Assembly: GCF_036321535.1 (NCBI RefSeq)
Contig: NC_087437.1
Coordinates: forward strand, 7,750,001-7,814,000
Length of the DNA: 64,000 nucleotides
From: Camelus dromedarius
Taxonomy: Eukaryota
Reading direction: 5' to 3'
Part shown: piece after piece, positions 55,191 through 64,000 of the stretch
Layout of the letters: every line of letters starts with the position of its first letter
Numbering within the stretch: position 1 is the stretch's first letter
Notes under the pieces: model-generated
Databases searched by the model: none
Seen by the model: only the letters and a program-made list of their open reading frames with translations
Told to the model about the DNA's origin: nothing
Made by a program: the position numbers and the translations under genes

Positions 55191-56608
55191 TGGAACTGGG
55201 GCATGGACCACTGTATTTCTCAACACTTTTTGCATATTACAGCAAAAATTCTCATTCTTGTTGGAGAAGAGAGTAGAAACAGGGCTGAAGGGTGGAGAAC
55301 CAGGGGAGGCAGATTGGGCTCAGCACCAGACTTAGAGCCGGGGCTGTGACTACAGGATTTATCATGGGTTCCTTAGATCCTCAGCTCTTGTTGGAACTGG
55401 AGCCAAATCCCAGCCTCCACCAAGGCCTGGGTCCACCAGGGCCCCGAGTGCTTAGTTTCCTCCTGAAAGGCCCCGTTGCAGCTCCCTCTGCCCTGCCAAG
55501 TTCAGCGGACGCTGCTTCCAGCCACATTTCCCCAAGATGTTCTGGTGCTCCGGGGCTTCCCCGTTCATTCCAGCCATTGCTGTGCCTCTTACATCTCTGC
55601 TGTATATGTTCCAAAGTTGGACAACTTTTTCTCCCTGTGTGGCACTCACAAAAGCCTACCCTGTGGAATTTGAAACATATTTCCCAGAAACTAAACTGAA
55701 GGGTTTTCAGAGGATACCATCCAAAGAAAACATAAACACACTTTTTTCCCAAATTGTTAGGGCAAGACTTAGGCAAATGTATAAACAAACTGCATTCTGT
55801 ACTTTGGTTATAATGTGCATTAAATCAGCTTGTGCGTGCCTAGCTGGAGACTAAACTGCCTTTTGCCCTGGTTTCTGTTGTTTCAAAACCGTTTTAAAAA
55901 AGCATTATGGTTGTCAAATAATAGATTTGTAAACAGAGTTGGCATCTGTAGGTAAAAGTCAAAGTCAGGTGCCAGTGAATGGAGTGGTTACAGCATGCTT
56001 CAGGATGCTTAGTTTAGCCAGTATTTTCCATAAAGTCCAAGAAGTTACATAAGAAAGTGGGTTCTTGCAAGAAAAACAAAAACTGTGTGGTCTTTAAATT
56101 CTCCACAGTGTAGGTCTGACCTATATAAAGTCTCTTGCAAAGTTCACAAGAGGGTAACCAAAGAGTTCTATTCCTGGAAAAAGGAGCGTTGGGAAGTCAC
56201 TGAGAGTTCAGTCTGTGGTTCCAAAAAGCTCTTGTATTACCCAGGCTTCTGGGTACACAGACCATTAACTCATCAGTTCTCGCCAGCAGCCCTTGGGAAT
56301 ATTAGCAAGGGCTCCTGGGGAATGGAGGTTTGTGAAGAATGTCACAAAAGTTTCCACGCTCAAAATGAAAACAGCGCCAAGTCTCCAGACCAGATGTCCT
56401 CAATGATGGTGACTCGAAGCCGAAGAGGACAGTGTGGAAAATTTCCACTTGCAGGTGGAAGGGAAGAGCAGTGACGGAGAAAACCCCCCTGGGGCAGCCA
56501 TTTCTATGGAAGAGATGAAGCCCGTCAGGAGTGCGCAAATGCCAAGACCTTGACTGACAAGAAGGATCAGGAGGGAGCATGGTGCATTAGAAGGCGTGAA
56601 GACTTGTG

Positions 56609-57060
56609 CTCTTGCAGCCTTCCTGGAGACTGGAGTTCTGCTGGGAGCTGGACTTCTAAAACAATGTGTCTGGGAGGCCGTGGTCCAAGGCCAGTTTTGC
56701 TGACAATAAGCAGAGTGTCCAGAACCAGAGGGAACACACAGCTCTTCTCAAAACTGAAGATGTTTATGCTCAAGATGAAACTGAATTTTGCCTAGGCAAG
56801 AGATGTGCTTACGTGTACAAAGCAAAGACTAACACAATAACTCCTGGTGGAAAACCGAACAAAACCCGGGTAATCTGGAGGAAGGTAACCCGCACTCCTG
56901 GAAACAGTGGCATGGTTTGTGCCAAATTCCGAAGCAACCTTCCTGCTGAGGCCATTGGACACAGAATCCAGGTGATGCTGTACCCCTTGAGGATTTAAAC
57001 GTATTGAAAGGTGAATAAATAAAAGTGTGGCTTTGTTTTTTAAGAAATAAAGTAGAAATA
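56609..57060 (+). pseudogene. RPL35A: Processed pseudogene of 60S ribosomal protein L35a (eL33); coding-like part 56666-56998
   Basis: Intronless 110-codon frame ([49 protein letters not shown]) starting GTG instead of ATG; 5' UTR-like ctgctgggagctggacttctaaaa; AATAAA at 57014-57023; degraded A-rich tail. Confidence 0.93.
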
Positions 57061-57639
57061 CTTTGAACTCAGACAAACAGATTCAAAGCCTTGGTCCCGT
57101 TGTACTTTAATCTTTCTAAGTACCAATATTTTAATATCAACATTTCATATCGAAATACTTGGCTTGGTTGTAAGAAAGTAAATTTTACCACATAGGATTA
57201 AGTTAAAGACTATGTATTCAGCACATTGGGTGATACATGTGTGTTCTCCACACAAGCGCACAAATAAGAATATTGCAAGTTACTGCTGTTTTAACCAGAA
57301 CCAGTCAGGTAACAGGAAATCAGACGGACACCAGGAAATATTCTGAAATACAAGCCTGTATCCTATCCATTTCATGTCTTCAGAATCTCGTAATGGAAAG
57401 TGGCATTTGTAATAATGAATGACGCAAGGTCCTTGATTTCCAAGAATGGTGTGATTGTGTACTTTACTTCTACCACTGTGCTCTTATTTTCTACCTGTGG
57501 AAATAGGATTCTGGATTCATACTTTATACAGGTTTTCAGTAATGAAAGATTTTCAAGGTCTCCCATCATTTTCAATAAAACAGAAAGCCTTCATCCTTTC
57601 CAACAACAGCGGCAACAATCAGAGTAGCTTTTGGTCTAC

Positions 57640-57850
57640 GCTTGCTGTGTGTCACGCTGTCCTCTGCTAAGCACTTGATGTGAGTGGCGTTCCTTAACCT
57701 CACGACAGCCTGTGAGATGAGTTACTGCCGTGGTCTCCGTTTTACAAAGGGCGAAGCTAGGCTCCTCAGGAGACGATAAGTATCTTCCCCAACGTTGCAC
57801 ACTGATTAAGTGGCAGAACTAAGCCGCGACAAGGTCAGGCAGTATAATTC
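57640..57850 (-). mobile_element. MIR relic
   Basis: ctgctaagcacttg...ttaacctcacgacagcctgtgag...ctccgttttacaaagggcgaagct...cttccccaacgttgcacac. Confidence 0.7.
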
Positions 57851-58386
57851 CAAGACAAGCTTTCCGAAGTTCTTGGAGATGCTGCATTGCTTTGCCTTTG
57901 GGGCTTTCAAGCTTTACTGCCCTATCTGGTCTGACACCGTTCTCTATAGTGATGTTTCTTTTCTTTGTTCTTCCTGTGTTTCTCGTTCCTCTATGTGTTG
58001 CCTCTCTGCATTCTGTCTACTTCTCATTTTTAAAAATGTCCACGTCACCCTTTGGATCTCTCTGACACAACCCACACTGCGCTGTGTTTACTTCAAGTCC
58101 AATCACTGGGCCACCTGCTAGCTAATAACTTACTTTTGAAATGGTCACACAAGCTCCCATGACTTAACTGTGTTTCACACCCCAGAAAGCCATCACGTAG
58201 AGTTAGTTACATGTTTTTAAATGTGTTACTAGACATATGACTCAGAATCAGCTCTTTTAAAGGGAAACAAAAGCTGACACCTCAAAGTGGCAGTTTCCTT
58301 TTGAGTCTCAGGCATTTCCTGGAAACTTGAAGAAGATGTCTTTAGAACAGTTTCAATACGTGAAGGTAAATAAAATCCAGAGGATT

Positions 58387-59032
58387 CTTTTTTTAATTCT
58401 TATTTTTTTTGAAGTGTAGTTGATTTACAATGTTAGTTTCAGGTATACAGCAAAGCGATTCAGTTATACGTATACGTACATACATATATATTTTTTCAGC
58501 TCCTTTTCCATTACGGTTCATTGTAAGAAATTGAATATAGTTCCCTGTGTTATACAATAGGTCCTTGCTGTTTATCTATTTTATATATAGTGATCTATAT
58601 CTATTAATCCCAAACTCCTAATGTATCCCTCACCCTTCCCCCACTCCTCCGGGAGTTACTACAGTTTGTTTTCTACAACCATGAGTCTATTTCTCGTTTG
58701 TAAATAAAATTTATATCTTTTTTTAAGATTCCACATATAAGTGATATAAGATATTTGTCTTTCTCTGTCTGACTTCCTTCACTTAGTATGATAATCTCCA
58801 GGTTCATCCACATTGCTGCAAATGGCATCATTTCATTCTTTTTCATGACTGACAAATATTCCATTCTGTATCTCTATCACATCTTCTTGATCCATTCATT
58901 TGTCAGTGGACATTTAGGTTGTTTCCATGTTTTGACTGTTGTATAGTGCTGCTGTGAATGCTGGGGTGCGTGTGTTTTTGAATTACAGTTTTCTCTGGAT
59001 ATATGCCCAGGAATGGGATTGCTGGGTCATAT
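58387..59032 (-). mobile_element. Truncated artiodactyl L1 (ORF2 end plus 3' UTR)
   Basis: Track ORF 58673-58864 (MEYLSVMKKNEMMPFAAMWMNLEIIILSE) is the L1 ORF2 C-terminus; T-rich tail at the left. Confidence 0.9.
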
Positions 59033-59373
59033 CGGGTATTTAAATATAACATTCCAGCATATTATGTGGTCTAATTTAGAGTTACTTTTAGAATTGAGAT
59101 GTTAGGAATTGTATTTCCCTCTAATGTATATGGAAGAAATGTAATCAGAATTTTAATTTGAAGTTCTGCAAACCAGAGAAACTCGAGATTCCTCTTTAGA
59201 AGATGCCAAAGCCTTATCTTTCTATCAGGCAACTATGAAAACCAACTGAGAAATGGTCTGTGAACATGGGATGTGTTGATTCATCTTTTTTCCCTAGGTT
59301 TGCACCAACTCTGAACTTTTGAGACAAAAGAGAAGACAAGAAGGAAATTGGGGGCAGATAATAAGAAAGTAAA

Positions 59374-59510
59374 GGGGGAGGGTATAGCTCAGTGGTAGAG
59401 TGTGTGCTTAGCATGCACAAAGCCCTGGGTTCAATTCCTGGTACCTCCATTAAAAACAAAATAATAAATAAATAAACTGAATTACCTCCCTGCCAAAAAA
59501 GAATTTTTTT
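59374..59510 (+). mobile_element. Vic-1-type SINE
   Basis: gggggagggtatagctcagtggtagagtgtgtgcttagcatgcac...gggttcaattcc; TSD-like aataagaaagtaaa/aatgagaaaataaa. Confidence 0.92.
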
Positions 59511-60787
59511 AATGAGAAAATAAACTAGCATACCAATAAAATGAAATAATTTGTCTGGATTCAATTACTTTTATGCTAAATTATCTTCCTGAAACAAGTT
59601 TTTGTCCTCATGTGGGCACATGTGATGAAATGTTTGGAGTTAGAATTTTCTTACGGAATGACAAGTCTTAAATGATACTCTGAACTCAGGCATGAATATA
59701 TGTCCCACAAACTCGTTAATCTATGAGAAATACCAAGGCAATTACTCAGGGAAACATGTCCACGTTGAGGCACAGATCAGAAAGCACCGTGAGTTGTATG
59801 AGCATTTTATGTCAGAAGGCTAAGTGCAAATAGTTCATAGTTAATGTTCTGCTAACTTAGCCATGAGCCCAGTCTTTGTTCGAATTCCCTCTATTTTTAG
59901 CTGAGATTTGAGAGGCATTTGGAAGTGCCCCAGCTGGCTGGGAACAGATGGCCTGTTCTGCCTCTTCTTAGGATCCTTCAGAAAACCTTACAGTAGCTGC
60001 TCAACTGCGGTTTCAGCTTGTTTCACATTTTTCATTCTCTCTAAGGTGCTTTTGCTTGGTTGGTTTTGGTTTTGGTTTTCTGATGCATGTGATGATGGCC
60101 TATTTTGGTGGTTTGCAATAGTGCATACTATTTCAGCTAGCCATTGCTTAATGAAATGCTCTATCTGAGTTATCAATATTTAGCAAGTTTCTGTTATACC
60201 AACTTCAAATTTAAGTGGACTTTAGAGAACTGGCAAACTCTGGACTAGCTTTAGCACAAGTGGGACAATTTTTTTTCTTGGCGGTACTAATAGCATATAA
60301 CATTTCTTGCTCCAAAAAAAATTATTCAGCAGTGGAAATAAAGCAGAAGTGTTACATGCATCAGAATGTAAAAACCTTCCGTCCTTATTCCGTCAGGATT
60401 TGTTCATGGGTCATCATTCAAATAATTAAAAACAAATAAAAGATAAATTCACAAAATCATGGATTATTATATAAGCATTGGGCTTAAAAAATTACAAAAG
60501 CAACCATTTGTGGAGAAACGTTATAGGACCCTATTTCATGATTATGATTTATGTTTTATGATTAATTCTTTTTGCTTCAGACTTTTGCCTTAAAAGTAGG
60601 TTATACCACTTCAAAAGTGTAAGTCTCCTCTTAGTTTGTGAGACTCAAAGAATGGGATTCGTGGAAATGCCAAGTAATGGAGTTCCTGTTCAAACTGGGA
60701 GTTACATATGGAGGGAGGGGAAGCAAATGTTAAATATAGTATTTTCTGTGCTTGGAAATTATGTTAGAAACTTCTTGATCACTTTCA

Positions 60788-60936
60788 TTTTTTTTTAATT
60801 AGAGTTGATTTACAATGTTGTGTTAGTTCCTGGTGTACACCATAGTGATTCGGTTAAACATATATGCATTCTTTTTCATTATAGGCTATTACAAGATATT
60901 GAATATAGTTCCCTGTGCTAGACAGTAGGACCTTGT
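60788..60936 (-). mobile_element. Short artiodactyl L1 3' end
   Basis: agttgatttacaatgttgtgttagtt...gaatatagttccctgtgcta; flanks tcactttca/tcacttttca. Confidence 0.85.
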
Positions 60937-61346
60937 TCACTTTTCAAGTACTCTTCAGGTCCTAAGCACCACATTATTATCCCGTGTCTACATTGCGAAT
61001 TATGTTTGGGTTTTTCTTTTGTTTTCTCTAATATGATTTGTCTTTTAATTTATTTTGTTTTGGGACACATTCCCCCACACTAAGCAAAAATGGGCGTTGG
61101 AAATGTAAGCTTAGCTAGTAATGGTGTCAATAAGCACAATTAAATGGTAACTTTAAACGATTACCTCTTTAGAAGCCGTGTCATACAGCAGAAAGGTCAT
61201 GAAAAAAAGGAAAGAAAAGAAAAGATCATGGATGCTTAAGTCAGTATGGATTTGTCTCTCAATTCTAACAGTTCCTAAAAGAAGAGAGAAAATTGCTCAG
61301 CTTCTTTGTTGGGGCTCTATCAGTTTAAAAACAAAAATGCAGAGCC

Positions 61347-61503
61347 GGGAGGGTATAGCTCAGTGGTAGAGTGCCTGCCTAGCACATGTATATGAGATCC
61401 TGGGTTCAATCCCCAGTACCTCTATTAAAAGTAAAATAAAATAAATAAATAAGCCTAATTACCTCCTCCTACCCCCCCCAAATAATAAAAATTAAAAAAA
61501 TTA
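61347..61503 (+). mobile_element. Vic-1-type SINE
   Basis: gggagggtatagctcagtggtagag...cctgggttcaatccccagtacc...cctaattacctcc; TSD aaaa(t)gcagagc. Confidence 0.92.
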
Positions 61504-61589
61504 AAAAGCAGAGCTCACATAGCATTGGATGAAATAATGTTATATGAAAAAGCCTAGCGAGATACACTTGGCATTGAGTAAATGCTGGC

Positions 61590-62024
61590 TGCTGTCGCAA
61601 ATGTTGTTGGTATTTCGTCCCGTCCCCTGAATCTGTCTGATTCTCATCCTTGGGGTCTGATCTGTTTGCCTGAGGAATTGACCCACCTCTGTGGAAGGCT
61701 CTTCTGCTTGCAGGCTTGGCATTGTGGGGGATTAGTTCTCCCTAGGGGCAGTCGTCAATCAGCGGCGGCTGATGGACGGCTGATGATGGATGGTGCACAT
61801 CGTGCCCTGCTCTAACCAGGGTGTGTGTTCTACCCTGAGGTTCCCAGTGGGATTAAGCCCCAACTGCCTGTCATGGTAACTTTCCTGAAGGCCTGCTACT
61901 TCATTGTGCCTCCCTTTCTCTGGGTCTCTTCCTCACTGTCTCCTAAAGATATTTGCTGGACCCAACACAAAAAATGTACGTATCCTTAAAGGCTTCTCTG
62001 CTTCTGGGGAGCCTTAACCAAGAC
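61590..62024 (+). mobile_element. ERVL solo LTR (LTR16-like)
   Basis: gaggttcccagtgggattaagcccca...tggtaact and terminal tctgcttctggggagcc-taaccaagac. Confidence 0.6.
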
Positions 62025-62139
62025 TGTTTCTTTCTCCACTATGTATGCATACCATAATAAAAATGGTAACTTGCTTATAAAGGCACCTGGCCATGCTGCA
62101 ACACCAGTGCCCTGGGGCTCTACACACAGCGTGTGAGCA

Positions 62140-62575
62140 CTGCGGCACAGCAGACAGGAACCTGGGCTTTTAACACCACATGGATCTGGATTGAAACCCT
62201 GACTCTGCCATTTTGAACAAGTTATTTAATCTCTCTGAGCCTTGGTTTTCTCATCTTTAAAAATGGGAGTGGGGGGGTATAGCTCAAATGGTAGAGCGCG
62301 TGCTTAGCATGCACGAGGTCCTGGGTTTAATCCCCAGTACCTCCATTTAAAAAAAAATTATAATAAACAATTAAATGGACTTAATGACCTCCCCCTTCCA
62401 AAATTCTTTTAATGGTGATGATAATTTCTAAGCTGTTGTAATGATTAATAAAATAATAAATCAAAATATGGATAATTGACCTATTCTATAGGATTATTAC
62501 ATATAAATGAGATGGAAGATGTGCCGCCCTAATAGTGTGCCTGGAACACAAGAAGCACTCAATAAGTGTTAACTG
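62140..62575 (+). mobile_element. MIR relic interrupted by a Vic-1 SINE
   Basis: actctgccatt...aagttatttaatctctctgagccttggttttctcatctttaaaaatggg [SINE] ...ataggattatt...aaatgagat...gtgcctggaacacaagaagcactcaataa. Confidence 0.7.
62266..62410 (+). mobile_element. Vic-1-type SINE
   Basis: ggggtatagctcaaatggtagagcgcgtgcttagcatgcacgaggtcctgggtttaatccccagtacctcc. Confidence 0.92.
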
Positions 62576-62816
62576 TGGCTGCATTCTTGCCTAGCTAAAC
62601 CCTGTTACAGCATGATTCCTCCACACCAATTTAAAACACCATTTGGAATTATTGCTGTAATTATGCATCCTTTAATCCTTTCTCTCTTCTCTCTGTCCAC
62701 ATAAACTCATCTTTATACACACATCTAAGTCTGATTTCATAAGCTTATATTTTCCTGGATGGTTTTTCATATTACTGAAGTATTTTCTGACATCAAAGAC
62801 ATTCACCATGGGGCTT

Positions 62817-64000
62817 CCTTTTTTCTTCCAGTTTTATTGAAATATAATTGACATACAGCACTGTATAAGTTTAGGATATACAATACCATAATGATCTGAC
62901 TTATGTGCATTCTGAAATGACTCTCACAGTAAGTTTAGTGATCATCCATCATCTCAAATAGATATGAAGTCAAAGAAATAGAAAAAGATTTTTTCCTTGT
63001 GATGGAAACACTAGGATTTATTCTCTTAACAACTTTCATATCTAACATACCGCAGTGTTAATTATGTCTGTCATGTTGTACCTTATATCCCTAGGACTTA
63101 CTTACCTTATAACTGGAAGTTTGTAACTTTTGATTGCCTGTACCAATTCCACCTACCCTGCCTCTGGTAACCACAAATCTGATCTCTTCCTATGAGTTTG
63201 TATGTTTTAGAAGTATAATTGACCTACAACACTTAGTTCCTGTTACACAACATACTCATTCAATATTTCTATACATTTCAAAATGATCTCTATAATAAGG
63301 CTAGTTATGGTCTGTCCCCATACAAGATATTATACAGTTACTGACTGTATTCCCCACACTGTACATTTCATACCTGTGACTCATTTATTTTGCAGTGGGA
63401 AGTTTGTGCTTAATCTCCCTCACATATTTCTTCCCCTCACCTCTCTTCCCTCTGGCAACCACCTGTTCTCTGCATATATAACTCTGTTTCTGTTTTGGTA
63501 TGTTTATTGATTTGTCTCAATTTTTAGATTCCACTTATAAGTGAAATCATATAGTATATGTTTTTCTTTTACTGACTTACTTCACTTAGCATAATACCCT
63601 CTGAGTTCATCAAGTTTGTCACATGTGGCAAAAGTTCATTTTTTATGGCTGAGTAATACTTCGACACTGCATATTCCTTATCCATTCACCTATTAATGGG
63701 CACTTAGGTTGTTTCCATATCTTGGTTCTAGTTAATAATTATGCTGCTATGAGCATTGGAGTACATGTATCTTTTTGAATTATTGTTTTTGTTTTCTTCA
63801 GATAAATAGCCAGGGTGGAATTGCTGGATCATATGCTAGTTCTATTTTTAATTTTTTGAGGAACCTCCATACTGTGTTCCATAGTGGCTGCACCAATTTA
63901 CATTACCACCACAAGGGTTCCCTTCTGTCCACATCCTCACCAACACTTCTTGTTTCTTGTCTTCTCTATGACAGCTATTGTGACAGGTGTGAAGTGATAT
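62817..64000 (-). mobile_element. L1 3' end (Laurasiatherian L1MA9-related); runs off the right edge
   Basis: ttttattgaaatataattgacataca...tttagattccacttataagtgaaatcat...tttttgaggaacctccatactg...gacaggtgtgaagtgatat. Confidence 0.9.

Noticed and set aside
55319..55339. REST/RE1 silencer site
   Set aside because: Only the left half TCAGCACC matches; the GGACAG core is absent.
55292..55854. Stack of overlapping 65-135 aa ORFs on both strands
   Set aside because: No recognisable protein similarity or exon structure; local GC richness explains the scarcity of stops.
59374..59450. tRNA gene (also 61347 and 62266)
   Set aside because: The tRNA-like heads continue into the shared SINE body and A tail with TSDs; they are SINEs.

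Overview
Mammalian, AT-rich, repeat-dense intronic DNA, very probably from a camelid (six tRNA-derived Vic-1-type SINEs plus artiodactyl-type L1 3' ends). The window lies inside KCNH8 (Kv12.1/ELK1 voltage-gated K+ channel, + strand). It contains two coding exons: 29835-29992 (158 nt, end of S2 to S3) and 34913-35120 (208 nt, S4-S5), corresponding to human exons 6 and 7 as I recall them. Everything else is intron: a decayed ~4.6 kb L1 with a nested Tigger/MER2-type transposon, many truncated L1 3' ends, L2/MIR/L3 relics, ERV1/MaLR/ERVL solo LTRs, hAT relics, microsatellites and a full-length RPL35A processed pseudogene. I found no convincing undescribed gene system. The best leads are an old MaLR LTR and the two exons showing strong local AT-to-GC bias (possible fossil recombination hotspots), an unusual exon-6 acceptor (130-nt AG-free pyrimidine zone, distant CTAAC, NAGNAG), a promoter-like motif cluster near 55 kb, and a 366-nt two-exon unit that would be stop-free if circularised and is flanked by inverted L1 ends. 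Repeat family names come from remembered consensus sequences and repeat boundaries are approximate. Nearly all ORFs in the supplied track are chance ORFs.
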